Counted from the first letter of the stretch, positions 9,401 to 18,848 are shown. The stretch: DNA of 64,000 nt from an uncultured Sphingobacteriaceae bacterium (GCA_964236465.1 CAXSBZ010000002.1:715-64714), one strand, 5' to 3'. A program made the numbers and translations. The notes: generated by a model not told the origin, from the sequence alone.

Positions 9401-12400
9401 GCTGGACGATTACCGGTGCGGCGCAATGTACGCTAACGTTTGATGAGGTTACGATTAATAATTTATCTCCACTGACGAACAACATCAGTTTTGGTGCACC
9501 GGCGGTTTGCTATGGTCAAACGGTTACGATTATCGGCGATCAGCCAGCCGGCGGAACCGGCACTTACGTTTACAGCTGGCAGAGCAGTACGGATAACGTC
9601 AACTGGACAACCATCAGCGGGCAAAGCGGCCGCGATTATACTTTTACCGGCACGCAAAGTATCTCGATCAAACGGATTATAACTTCCGGGCCTTGCAGCA
9701 GCATGAGTTCGCCGATCAGCATCACTGTGCAACCGGCAATCAGCAATAATACAATCACAGCCAATCAAACCATTTGCTACAACACGGCACCAGCACAATT
9801 AATCGGAAGTACGCCAAGCGGTGCGGATAACAATTACACTTATCAATGGCAAAGCAGCACGGATAATGGTGCCAACTGGTTCGCTATCAGCAGTAGTAAT
9901 ACACAAAATTATCAGCCGGTAGCGTTAACGGCAACTACGCAATTCCGCCGTGTAGTTACCTCGGCATTATGCAGCGGCGCGCAGCAAAATAGCAGCAACT
10001 CGGTTACGATCACGGTTAATTTGCAGAACACCAACATGCTGACGAGTGCTTCCAACCTGGTTATCTGTACCGGCACCACTTTGAATTATCAGCCAACGGC
10101 GCAGCAAAGCAATACTGTTTTTACATGGGTTTCTTCGGCAACAGCCAACATCAGCGGCAATTCGGCCAGCGGAACCGGGAATATTACCGACCAGCTGGTT
10201 AATTCCGACCCGAACAGCAACGGTACCGTAACTTATACCATCACCCCAAACAACAATGGTTGCCCTGGTGCTTCTTTTACCCTTACCATTTTGGTTACGC
10301 CAATCCCGCGGGTTATCATCACCCATAGCGGCGGACAGATTTGCAGCGGAAGCCCAACCGGCATCACTTTTACCACCAATGTTCCGGGTGTTTTGCTGAA
10401 ATGGACTTTTGATCGGGTAGCAGGAATTTATGGGGCCAATGACCAGTATCCGGTAATTGCTACCCGGATTGACGATGTATTACAAAGCAGCCTGACTGTT
10501 CCTGCAACGATTATTTATCATATCACACCTGTCAGCCCCGGCGGCTGCGAAGGGCCGACCGTAGTTGCCAGGGTAACCGTATTGCCGCAACCAGTGCAGG
10601 CCAACGCCGGTACCGATGCACAGCTTTGTAATGCTGTTAATTATACTTTAAACGGAAATAACCCTGCTCCTTCCACTGGCAAATGGACGGTTATTTCTGG
10701 CCAGACAGGTATTGTTTTTGCAGATGAGACCCAAAACAACACACTGGTAAGTGGTTTGCAGCCCGGCCAGAATTACACTTTCCGCTGGACAATTACCAGC
10801 ACCGGCGGTTGCGCAACTTCTGCGGATGATGTAACGGTTTCCAATTTATCAGAACTGACAAACACAATCAGCTTTAATAGTCCGGCGGTTTGCTACGGCC
10901 AAACGGTTACGATTTCCGGCGATCAGCCAACCGGCGGAACGGGCAGCTTTGTTTATAGCTGGGAAAGCAGTGCCGATGGTAATAACTGGACAACAATCAG
11001 CGGACAAAACAGTCGTTTTTACACTTTTACGGCTACGCAAAATGTTTATTTAAGGCGGATCGTTACTTCCGGGCCTTGTACCAAAATTAGCAACGTGATC
11101 CAGCTTTTGGTGCAGCCGCCGATTGCTAATAATGTGATTGCTGCGGATCAAACCATCTGCTACAACAATACACCGGTTTTATTATCTGGAAGTACACCAA
11201 CCGGTGGCGACGGCAATTTCATTTATCAATGGCAGCAAAGCAACGATAACGGTGCCGGCTGGAACACCATTAGCGGCGCAAATGCCATCAATTATCAGCC
11301 GGTTGCGCTGATGATGACCACGCAATTTCGCCGTGTGGTAACTACCGGATTGTGTACCGGCGATCAGCAAAACACCAGCAACTTGGTTACCATAACCGTT
11401 ACGCCGCAAAATACCAACACCGTAACCAGTGCCAACAGCGTGGCTATTTGTACCGGCACCTCGGTGGCTTATCATCCAACGGCGCAAGCGGCCGGTACTG
11501 TTTTTACATGGGTTTCTTCAGCGTCGGCTTCCGTCAGCGGAAATACTGCTAATGGTTCCGGCGATATTAATGATGTATTGACAAATTCAAACCCAACGGC
11601 CAACGGAACGGTAACTTATACCATCACCCCGATCAATAATAACTGCCCTGGTGCGCCATTTACGCTACTTGTAAATGTTACGCCGCGGCCGGTTCTCAGC
11701 GTAAATACTACAGCCAACACGATTTGCAGCGGCCAACCAGCCGGAATTACTTTCAGTTCCAATTTAAGCGGAACTACTTTTAAATGGACCAGCAATGCTT
11801 CAGCAGGGATTTATGGTAATAACAGCCAGGCACCGGCAATTTTTGCTAGCCGGATCGATGACGTGCTCAGCAACACTTCTGCCACAACCGCCGGAACTGT
11901 AACTTATGCGATCACGCCAATTGGCCCATCCGGTTGTGAAGGTACGCCAGTAACCGTTAACATTACCGTTCAGCCGCAAGCTGTACAGGCCAATGCCGGG
12001 CCGGACGAGCAGGTTTGCAGTGCCGCCAGCTATATTTTAAAGGGAAATAATCCCGGAGTTGCTGCCGGCAGATGGACCATCACTTCCGGCCAAACGGTTG
12101 CTTTTGCTGATCCAAGCCAATACAATACGACCGTAAACGGTTTACTGCCAGGGCAACAATATACTTTCCGCTGGACGATCACCGGCGCGGCGCAATGTAC
12201 GGCCACTTCGGATGATGTGGTGATTACAGATTTGCAAAGCGTAACCAACAACATCAGTTTTGTAGGCCCGGTTTGCTACGGCCAAACGGTAACCATCAGC
12301 GGCGATCAGGCTGCCGGCGGAACCGGAAGCTTCGTTTATGCCTGGGAAATTAGTACGGATAATAGTTCCTGGATGATAGTTAATGGCCAAACCAGTCGCA

Positions 12401-15400
12401 ATTACACGTTCACCGGGACACAAAATATTTATGTGCGCCGCACGGTTACTTCCGGGCCTTGTACCCAAGTGAGTCAGCCGGTTTTGGTGATGGTGCAGCC
12501 AGCCATCAGCAACAATTCGGTTTCTGCGGATCAGGTGATTTGCTACAATGATCTTCCTTCAGTTTTAACCGGAAGTACGCCTGCCGGTGCCGATGGAAAC
12601 TTTATTTACCAATGGCAGCAAAGCACAGATGGCGGCTCGGCTTGGGCCAATATCAACGGTGCAAACGGGATTAATTATCAACCCAATGCTTTAACCGCAA
12701 CCACGCAATTCCGCCGGATCATCACTTCCGCACTTTGTACCGGTTTACAGCAAAGCATCAGCAATACGGTGATTATCAGCGTAACGCCTCAAAATACCAA
12801 CACCGTAACCAGCGATGCCAGCCGCATTATTTGTACCGGCACTACTTTCAGCTATCATCCAACGGCACAGCAAGACAATACTGTTTTTACATGGGTTTCT
12901 TCGGCAACAGCCAACATCAGCGGAAACTCGGCCAGCGGTTCGGGCGACATCAGCGAAGTGCTGACCAATTCTGACCCGAACAACAACGGCACAGTTACCT
13001 ATACCATCACTCCAATCAATAATAATTGCCCGGGAAATCCTTTTAAGCTAACCGTTACCGTTACACCAATTCCACGCGTAACTATCACCCATGATGGCAA
13101 CCGCATTTGCAGCGGTAACCCAACCGGCATTACTTTTACCACCAATAATCCGGATGTTTTGTTGAAGTGGACGTTTGATCGTGTGCAGGGAATTCATGGT
13201 GCAAACGATCAATATCCGGTTAAGGCCACGCGGATTGATGATATTTTGAGTTCTGAATTAACAACGGAAGCCACCATCATTTACCACATCACGCCGAGTA
13301 GTCCGGGTGGCTGCGAAGGCCCGACCATGGATGCCAAGGTTACCGTTTTGCCGCAAGCTGTTCAAGCAAATGCCGGGCCGGACGAGCAAATTTGCAGTAG
13401 CAATAATTACACTTTTAAAGGAAATGAACCTGCTCCTTCTACCGGCAACTGGACACTGACTTCCGGCCAGTTGGGTATCGGTTTTGCAGATGCCAGCAAA
13501 TACAACACCACCGCAAATGGCTTGCAGCCGGGCCAGACTTATACTTTCCGCTGGACGATCAGCAGTCCGGGAAATTGCAGTTCTACTTCGGATGATGTGG
13601 TGATTGCCGATTTGAAAGCTATTACCAACAACATCAGTTTTGCCAGTCCGGCGGTTTGCTACGGACAAACGATCACGATAACCGGCAACCAGCCAAGCGG
13701 TGGAACCGGAAGCTTCGTTTATGCCTGGGAAATTAGTATGGATAATAGCAATTGGACAATAGTTAATGGACAAACCAATCCGTCTTATTCCTTCACCGGA
13801 ACCCAAAATGTTTATGTGCGTCGGGTGGTTACTTCCGGGCCTTGTACCAGCATCAGCCAGCCGGTTTTCATCACCGTACAGCAGCCGATCAGCAACAATA
13901 CCATTGCTGCCGATCAGCAGGTTTGCTACAACAGCGCGCCAAATTTAATGACCGGAAGTGCACCTGCCGGAGCCGACAGCCGCTACACTTACCAATGGCA
14001 AAGCAGCACGGATAACGGTGCCACCTGGACAAATATTTCCGGTGCGATTTTGCAGGATTATCAGGCTGCTCAACTAACCGTTTCTACCTCGTATCGCCGC
14101 GTAGTAAGTTCGGCTTTATGTACCGGCCCGCAGCAAAGCCTCAGCAACACCATCAAAATGACGGTGAACCCGCTGCCGGTTGCCGCTTATACTTTTACCA
14201 AAGACTTGGCCTGTATCCCTTTTGCCATCACTGCGGATAATATCAAAGCAACCGCTTCGGATGCCAATAGTGTTTATGCCTGGTATGCAGACGGAACCTT
14301 GATCGGCACCGGCCTCGCTTTCCCTGGTTACACCATCAATACAGATGATGCACACGTGGGAATTAAATTGGTAGCCACCAGCAAATACGGTTGCCCGGAT
14401 GCTGTTTTTACCCATGTTTTTTCTACGATAAAAGAAGTATCGGCTGGTTTCAGCCAAAACCAAACTAAAGGCTGCGGCCCGCTCACGGTTACTTTCAGCA
14501 ATACTTCCAGCCCGCAAAACCTGGCCACGTATTCCTGGAACTTTGGCAACGGAAGCACTTCAACCCAAGCCAATCCCGGCCCGATAACGTATTTGGCACG
14601 TGCGGATGGTAAAGACACCACCTATACCATCACGCTGAAAGCCATGACCACTTGCGGCATCCGCACGGCAACTTCAACCGTAACTGTTCGCCCAAAACCA
14701 ACTTCCATTTTCACGCCTGACAGAACGACGGGTTGCTCTCCGCTGACGGTTAATTTCAACAACACCTCTCCCGGAACCGGCAACACTTATACTTATGATT
14801 TTGGTGATGGCACAACGCAGGTTACGCAGGATAATCAACCGGTAAACCATACGTACATCGCCCCAAACAACAAAGTTTTCACGGTGAAAATGACGGCGCA
14901 AAACGAATGCGGCATCAGCACAACATCCTACAAAATCAGCATTTCGCCAAATACGGTTTTGCCGCAAATGATTGTGGACGGCGATCAGAAAGCGGGTTGC
15001 GCGCCCTGGACGGTCCAGTTTCATAACAACACCAAAGGCGGCACTTATTTTACGTATGATTTTGGCGATGGCACCACGCTGTCTTCCGTAAATGCGCCGG
15101 AAGTGGTGAGCCATACTTTCCTGAAAGACGGTATTTTCAACGTAAAAATGACGGCTACGAATGGTTGTTCCGATACTTCGGCTTATCAATCCATTACCGT
15201 TTATCCGCAGCCGGTGGTTGGTTTTGTGGCCGATGTACGAAGCGGTTGTACGCAGCTGACGGTCAACTTTACCAATAAAACCGCCGGCAACAACACGTAT
15301 TTGTGGGATTTTGGTGATGGCAGCACTTCAGTTTCAGCTAATCCGACACATACTTTCCAATCCCGGAGCACGCCGTACACCATCAGCCTGATTGCTAAAA

Positions 15401-16035
15401 ACCTGCTGGGCTGCCCGGATACTTTGGTGATGAAAAACTATATTTCGGTTACTGTTCCGCCGAAAGCAGCGTTCCGGGTCAACCCGGATAGTGTGATTGT
15501 GTATCCGCATTACAGTTTCTCATTCAAAGACCAAAGCACCAACAACCCGATTTTATGGAAATGGAGTTTTGGCGATGGTAGCAATTCCTCCAAACAAAAC
15601 CCGGAACACACTTACCGCGATACCGGTTTTTATAAAGTGAAATTGGTGGTTTATAACTTGCAGGGCTGCGCGGATTCTATCACGCATATTGTACAAATTA
15701 CAGGCGTGCCGGGGCAGCTTTTTGTGCCGAATGCCTTTATGCCGGGCAGCAAGTTTGAAGAACTGCGGACGTTTAAAGTAAAAGGATCAGGCATTAAAAC
15801 CTGGCGGATGCGCGTGTTTAACAAATGGGGACAAGTGATTTGGGAAAGCACCAAATTAACCGCCCGCGGCGAACCGGCCGAAGGCTGGGACGGGATGATG
15901 GGCGGCGCACCGGCACCGCAAGGCGTGTACGTTTGGCAGGTGGAAGCCAAGTACCTGAACGGCGGCGACTGGGAAGGCATGAGCTATAACGGCAGCGCGC
16001 CAAGTAGAACGGGCGTGATCCATTTGATCCAGTAA
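6466..16035 (+). CDS. giant T9SS-secreted cell-surface adhesin-like protein (PKD repeats, T9SS type B sorting domain)
   Basis: 3189-aa ORF with an N-terminal signal peptide. It has four ~461-aa super-repeats. Five to six PKD-type repeats carry W/YxFGDG(S/T) motifs (aa ~2690-3040). The C-terminal ~90 aa (VPNAFMPGS...GVYVWQV...GVIHLIQ) resembles the gliding-motility/CHU_C type B sorting domain. Confidence 0.9.
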   Translation: MEKFYDKLQKVFFLITFFTLISTSLKAQTLTLSALDAGPYTPGSSIAVPFSINTSGGCINSDNVFKLYISSVPGGTPDTEIGSYTGFYAAFLNGTIPTGLAAGSYNLAVKSSDPVATSTLATINVVAGAAVQAAIDGSSINSNNPAIFGNCSGTNQAYDFINSSTSGTVVTANFHNEYSQADEGTFPLNPSKSFNAAYANYTILVKATINGTEATKAYQLINNKLNTSFGTTGTNTVCLNNGMGQLSYTVDYTSPNGIQYNYPGNFYIVDWGDGSPQSIYTLCEIKNLGGVLSHSYTQSSCGSTSGNQANSFQVNAQVSSRICGTLGSPITSYAKVVRPPTNGFTAPLSACLNEPVTFNNTSDPGQDASSANCVNNNAKYSWYIDGQLVAVNRPAGASFTYTFTTPGNHTIKLVLQSQSGSVCSAADVTKTICVLAKPQPAFTVDAATICSNGIVTTTDASVIDNSCANIPQNNAYTWSVTGPAATSFINNTTPQSHSPQIQFFSPGVYTLTLSIGTESCGSVSTSQTITVNTTPTVALSPNKDYCGTNQTLTFANNSGATQVIFTGTTTDQANTYSWTVSPPSGGNYSFVNGTSDSSKYPQILFSSFGVYTITATQTNNCGTASASQQLNFKQSPNISAGPDQTICPADVVQLAGTITGPAPQSFQWVGGNGIFSPNNTTLNAIYTPTNAEVNAGQVKLTLTVQTGNPMPCDQLSDEIIITINPRNAVTSSSAKSICTGNSVAYHPTAQQTGSTFTWTSTVTNGSISGNSTSGSGDINDALTDNDPQNNGTVTYTITPVSNGCPGTSFQLTVTVTPRPIITVNSTTNTICSGQGAGITFTSNLSGTTFKWTTTATSNVYGNNSQTAGNFTGINEVLTNTSATASGTVTYSITPISTSGCEGTPVTVTITVQPLPVQANAGPDQQICSASTTTLSGNLPGVSTGLWTLRSGQSGVTFTDATQYNTTVNGLQPGVNYTFRWTITGAAQCTLTFDEVTINNLSPLTNNISFGAPAVCYGQTVTIIGDQPAGGTGTYVYSWQSSTDNVNWTTISGQSGRDYTFTGTQSISIKRIITSGPCSSMSSPISITVQPAISNNTITANQTICYNTAPAQLIGSTPSGADNNYTYQWQSSTDNGANWFAISSSNTQNYQPVALTATTQFRRVVTSALCSGAQQNSSNSVTITVNLQNTNMLTSASNLVICTGTTLNYQPTAQQSNTVFTWVSSATANISGNSASGTGNITDQLVNSDPNSNGTVTYTITPNNNGCPGASFTLTILVTPIPRVIITHSGGQICSGSPTGITFTTNVPGVLLKWTFDRVAGIYGANDQYPVIATRIDDVLQSSLTVPATIIYHITPVSPGGCEGPTVVARVTVLPQPVQANAGTDAQLCNAVNYTLNGNNPAPSTGKWTVISGQTGIVFADETQNNTLVSGLQPGQNYTFRWTITSTGGCATSADDVTVSNLSELTNTISFNSPAVCYGQTVTISGDQPTGGTGSFVYSWESSADGNNWTTISGQNSRFYTFTATQNVYLRRIVTSGPCTKISNVIQLLVQPPIANNVIAADQTICYNNTPVLLSGSTPTGGDGNFIYQWQQSNDNGAGWNTISGANAINYQPVALMMTTQFRRVVTTGLCTGDQQNTSNLVTITVTPQNTNTVTSANSVAICTGTSVAYHPTAQAAGTVFTWVSSASASVSGNTANGSGDINDVLTNSNPTANGTVTYTITPINNNCPGAPFTLLVNVTPRPVLSVNTTANTICSGQPAGITFSSNLSGTTFKWTSNASAGIYGNNSQAPAIFASRIDDVLSNTSATTAGTVTYAITPIGPSGCEGTPVTVNITVQPQAVQANAGPDEQVCSAASYILKGNNPGVAAGRWTITSGQTVAFADPSQYNTTVNGLLPGQQYTFRWTITGAAQCTATSDDVVITDLQSVTNNISFVGPVCYGQTVTISGDQAAGGTGSFVYAWEISTDNSSWMIVNGQTSRNYTFTGTQNIYVRRTVTSGPCTQVSQPVLVMVQPAISNNSVSADQVICYNDLPSVLTGSTPAGADGNFIYQWQQSTDGGSAWANINGANGINYQPNALTATTQFRRIITSALCTGLQQSISNTVIISVTPQNTNTVTSDASRIICTGTTFSYHPTAQQDNTVFTWVSSATANISGNSASGSGDISEVLTNSDPNNNGTVTYTITPINNNCPGNPFKLTVTVTPIPRVTITHDGNRICSGNPTGITFTTNNPDVLLKWTFDRVQGIHGANDQYPVKATRIDDILSSELTTEATIIYHITPSSPGGCEGPTMDAKVTVLPQAVQANAGPDEQICSSNNYTFKGNEPAPSTGNWTLTSGQLGIGFADASKYNTTANGLQPGQTYTFRWTISSPGNCSSTSDDVVIADLKAITNNISFASPAVCYGQTITITGNQPSGGTGSFVYAWEISMDNSNWTIVNGQTNPSYSFTGTQNVYVRRVVTSGPCTSISQPVFITVQQPISNNTIAADQQVCYNSAPNLMTGSAPAGADSRYTYQWQSSTDNGATWTNISGAILQDYQAAQLTVSTSYRRVVSSALCTGPQQSLSNTIKMTVNPLPVAAYTFTKDLACIPFAITADNIKATASDANSVYAWYADGTLIGTGLAFPGYTINTDDAHVGIKLVATSKYGCPDAVFTHVFSTIKEVSAGFSQNQTKGCGPLTVTFSNTSSPQNLATYSWNFGNGSTSTQANPGPITYLARADGKDTTYTITLKAMTTCGIRTATSTVTVRPKPTSIFTPDRTTGCSPLTVNFNNTSPGTGNTYTYDFGDGTTQVTQDNQPVNHTYIAPNNKVFTVKMTAQNECGISTTSYKISISPNTVLPQMIVDGDQKAGCAPWTVQFHNNTKGGTYFTYDFGDGTTLSSVNAPEVVSHTFLKDGIFNVKMTATNGCSDTSAYQSITVYPQPVVGFVADVRSGCTQLTVNFTNKTAGNNTYLWDFGDGSTSVSANPTHTFQSRSTPYTISLIAKNLLGCPDTLVMKNYISVTVPPKAAFRVNPDSVIVYPHYSFSFKDQSTNNPILWKWSFGDGSNSSKQNPEHTYRDTGFYKVKLVVYNLQGCADSITHIVQITGVPGQLFVPNAFMPGSKFEELRTFKVKGSGIKTWRMRVFNKWGQVIWESTKLTARGEPAEGWDGMMGGAPAPQGVYVWQVEAKYLNGGDWEGMSYNGSAPSRTGVIHLIQ
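8638..14169 (+). repeat. four tandem copies of a ~1383-bp coding repeat inside the adhesin gene
   Basis: Unit starts at about 8638, 10021, 11404 and 12787, ending at about 14169. The CAAAATACCAACACCGTAACC block at 11407 and 12790 is exactly 1383 nt apart. Units 2 and 4 share long identical stretches (for example 10123 and 12889). Confidence 0.85.
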
Positions 16036-16053
16036 TTTGGGTTTGGGTTTTTA

Positions 16054-16102
16054 GGTTGATAAAAGAAGCATTGATTTTAATTGGATGCTTCTTTTATCAA
16101 CC
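16054..16102. repeat. palindromic doublet of the family-1 repeat (GGTTGATAAAAGAAGCAT-N13-ATGCTTCTTTTATCAACC)
   Basis: Perfect 18-bp inverted arms, 19 nt downstream of the adhesin stop, followed by a T-run. Could act as a terminator. Confidence 0.9.
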
Positions 16103-16221
16103 TTTTTTTGTAAAAAATATAATTAGAAAGTTCAATAGGATTAGAAATCCTTAGCTCAAAGGACGGGGTTACAAACCCCGACCAGTGGAGAACGATGCCG
16201 ACAGAAGGTTGATGAAAAATA

Positions 16222-16264
16222 GGTTGATAAAAGAAGTATAGCTGTAATACTTCTTTTATCAACC
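16222..16264. repeat. second palindromic doublet of the family-1 repeat (GGTTGATAAAAGAAGTAT-N7-ATACTTCTTTTATCAACC)
   Basis: Perfect 18-bp inverted arms. It differs from the 16054 doublet by a paired C>T / G>A change in both arms. Confidence 0.9.
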
Positions 16265-16283
16265 TAAAATACTAAATTTGATC

Positions 16284-16496
16284 ATGAGCACATTGGTAGT
16301 ACACCTTGAATCGGAAGCACAGGAAAAAGCGGTGAAAGCAGTTTTAGAAGCCTTGCAAATCAATTTTGAACAGGAAATGGATGAAACTGAATATTTGATG
16401 TCTTCGCCTGCAATGGTTGCCAGGATAGAACAAAGCGAAAAAGATATCCAAGCTGGCAAAGGTGTTAAAGTTGATCCAAACAACTTGTGGAAGTAA
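16284..16496 (+). CDS. putative antitoxin partner of the YoeB-like toxin (non-Phd type)
   Basis: 70-aa acidic ORF overlapping the start of the downstream YoeB-like gene by 10 nt. No family recognised by eye. Confidence 0.55.
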   Translation: MSTLVVHLESEAQEKAVKAVLEALQINFEQEMDETEYLMSSPAMVARIEQSEKDIQAGKGVKVDPNNLWK

Positions 16497-16750
16497 TATT
16501 TTCTCCCCAAGCCATGGAGGATTTAGAATACTGGAAAAAATCAGGTAATAAAATCATTCAGAAAAAAATACAGCAATTGATTGAATCTATCCAAGAAACA
16601 CCGTTTGAAGGAATTGGAAAACCTGAAGGATTAAAGCACAAATTTTCAGGTAGCTGGAGTAGAAGAATTAACCATGAACATCGTTTGATCTATAAGTTAG
16701 AGAATCGAAAAATTATCATTATCGCTTTACGTTATCATTATTTAAGTTGA
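16487..16750 (+). CDS. yoeB: Txe/YoeB family type II toxin
   Basis: 87 aa with a GTG start. EDLEYWKKSG, PFEGIGKPEGLK, WSRRINHEHRLIY and RYHY are characteristic YoeB blocks. Confidence 0.85.
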   Translation: MEVIFSPQAMEDLEYWKKSGNKIIQKKIQQLIESIQETPFEGIGKPEGLKHKFSGSWSRRINHEHRLIYKLENRKIIIIALRYHYLS

Positions 16751-16815
16751 TAAAGAAACTGGATTTCATTACCATACTTCTTTTATCAACCTTTTTTCAG
16801 TAACCAATCAAACAA

Positions 16816-17244
16816 TTACAACCCACACTTCCCCAAATCCAAACTCACCTTTTCTAAACCATAAACACCCTGATTATTGCCAAAAGAATTGGTGATATAA
16901 GTAATCACTTCTGCAATTTCAATCGGTGCCAATTGGGCTTGCGCAGGCATTTTACCATTGTAAAACTTCCCGTTTACCACAATCAAACCCTGCTGTCCGT
17001 TTTGGATGATGCAGGCCAGTTTACTTTTATTTTTGCTGAGGTAATCTGCCTTTTGCAAACTTGGGATTAAGCTGCCCAAACCTTCGCCATTTTCGGCATG
17101 GCAGTTTTGACATTGGTTTTGATAAATACTTTTTCCAATGGTATAATAATGCTGGTATTCAATTTCAGATTCACTTTGACAGGAAAAAAACACCGATAAA
17201 AACAGCATCACACCAATTGCAAAACAAACCGAAATCAGTTTCAT
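16816..17244 (-). CDS. c-type cytochrome (monohaem)
   Basis: 142 aa with a signal peptide, a CQNCH (CxxCH) haem-binding motif and a distal Met (GKMPA). Overlaps the SCO gene by 4 nt. Confidence 0.8.
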   Translation of the reverse strand: MKLISVCFAIGVMLFLSVFFSCQSESEIEYQHYYTIGKSIYQNQCQNCHAENGEGLGSLIPSLQKADYLSKNKSKLACIIQNGQQGLIVVNGKFYNGKMPAQAQLAPIEIAEVITYITNSFGNNQGVYGLEKVSLDLGKCGL

Positions 17245-17888
17245 GTTTTCGGGTTTTCTTCATCCATCAGCACCTTTACATCCACAATCAACTGGTCAAC
17301 CTGCTTTTTGTCCGTACCGTCATAAGCACCGCGCACCCGGCCTTTTTTATCCACCAAAACCAGCCAGCCCTGGTGCACAAAACCGCCTGCCGCCTGCTTA
17401 TCTTCGGAAACAGAAACCAGATAGTTTTTCTCCGCCAACTGATAAACATCTTCCTTTTTCCCCAGCAAAAAATACCACTGATCCGGTTTTGCACCCAGCT
17501 TCTCCGCATAAGTTTTTAAAACCGGGATCGTGTCATGCCGCGGATCTATTGTAAAAGAAACCAGTTTAAAATCTGCTTTTCCCGCATAAGCTTTAGCAAC
17601 TGTAAGCATATTGCGCTGCATCGTTGGGCAAATGGACGGACAAGACGTAAAGAAAAAATCAGCCACATAAATTTTGCCGTCCAGGTTTTTTTCGGTGATG
17701 GTTTGCCGTTCCTGATCCACAAAACTAAAAGGCGGAATCGTAGCGTAAACGGTATCCGTAACTTGCTTACCGTCAACCGTTTTAGTGATCGGTTGCCGGT
17801 CTCCATAAACGGGCAATACTTTGGTTTGATTATTTTTGCAAGCTGTAAAAGCCAGCAAAGCCAGCATTGGCCAGATCAGTTTTTTCAT
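17241..17888 (-). CDS. SCO1/SenC family copper chaperone (thioredoxin fold)
   Basis: 215 aa with a lipoprotein-like signal (LAFTAC), a CPSICP (CxxxC) motif and a downstream conserved His. Confidence 0.85.
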   Translation of the reverse strand: MKKLIWPMLALLAFTACKNNQTKVLPVYGDRQPITKTVDGKQVTDTVYATIPPFSFVDQERQTITEKNLDGKIYVADFFFTSCPSICPTMQRNMLTVAKAYAGKADFKLVSFTIDPRHDTIPVLKTYAEKLGAKPDQWYFLLGKKEDVYQLAEKNYLVSVSEDKQAAGGFVHQGWLVLVDKKGRVRGAYDGTDKKQVDQLIVDVKVLMDEENPKT

Positions 17889-18325
17889 TTCATTTTATAT
17901 TTTAGCAAGTATTGGTTTGATGATTGGACAACAGCATTATACTGCGCATTGATTTGCGCCACTTGTTTTTTTTGCTGCTCCAAATATTGCATAATTTCCT
18001 CATGCGGTTTCCCGCCGAAATCCGGGTTATAATTGTGCATCCAATCACTCATTTTATCATCAGCTTTCAAAATTTCAGTGCTCAGATTGCGCATCGTTTT
18101 GTTTTCTGCGGAAGTATCCAAACTTGGATATGCTGTTTTTACACTATCTTTTTTCAGTATCAGTGTATCCATTTTCATTTTATTTTGTATCGCCGTTTCT
18201 CCCGCAGCCATCACTTTTTCATGCAAATCCATCACCTGGCTTTCCAAAGTTTTTTCTTCTTTTTTATTGTCTTTACAAGCTGCAAGAATCATGAGTAAAA
18301 TTATAACCGGCAGTTTATTTTTCAT
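17885..18325 (-). CDS. hypothetical lipoprotein
   Basis: 146 aa with a lipobox-like ILAAC. The 4-nt overlap with the SCO gene suggests one operon. Confidence 0.55.
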   Translation of the reverse strand: MKNKLPVIILLMILAACKDNKKEEKTLESQVMDLHEKVMAAGETAIQNKMKMDTLILKKDSVKTAYPSLDTSAENKTMRNLSTEILKADDKMSDWMHNYNPDFGGKPHEEIMQYLEQQKKQVAQINAQYNAVVQSSNQYLLKYKMK

Positions 18326-18848
18326 TTTTATTCTTTACAATTTTAATTACTTTTAAATCAAATCTATTCCAAAAATTCAGACGAGTTTCCGGCTTGTCTT
18401 TTACAGTTTCTGGATATATCAAGCAAGTATATTTGATACTGTTTTTACCGGTATAAATTGTGTCTGTACTTTTATTTTTCAATTTGTGTATTACTTTGAT
18501 TACAGTTGAAATCAAAACGTAGAAACCAATATATAAAATCAGTTTTTCATATTGAAAAATTATAAGTTATGGTTGAACAATTTTTATCCTATTAAAAGAA
18601 GTATCGCTGCTGACATATTTTTGATTCAATCTATAACAAACACGTATAACAGGCTGAAATTGACCAATCTTGCCGCAGTAAACAACAAAAAAGAAGCACG
18701 CACTGCAACCCATTGGCGCAAAGGTAAGCGGCGAGGCTTTAGTTTTAGGTCTGCCTTAAAACATTTTAACTTTATATTTCTATCCTTAATAAAATGTATT
18801 TTCGGATTTTAGCTGATCTTATTCGTTCAAAAATCGTAAACACGCTGC

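Noticed and set aside
18315-18812. Small ORFs 18315-18515 (-) and 18552-18812 (+) in the 520-bp AT-rich gap upstream of the DUF218 gene.
   Set aside because: They have no recognisable motifs, a Lys/Asn/Ile-rich composition expected from AT-rich non-coding DNA, and ambiguous starts. I cannot support them as genes.
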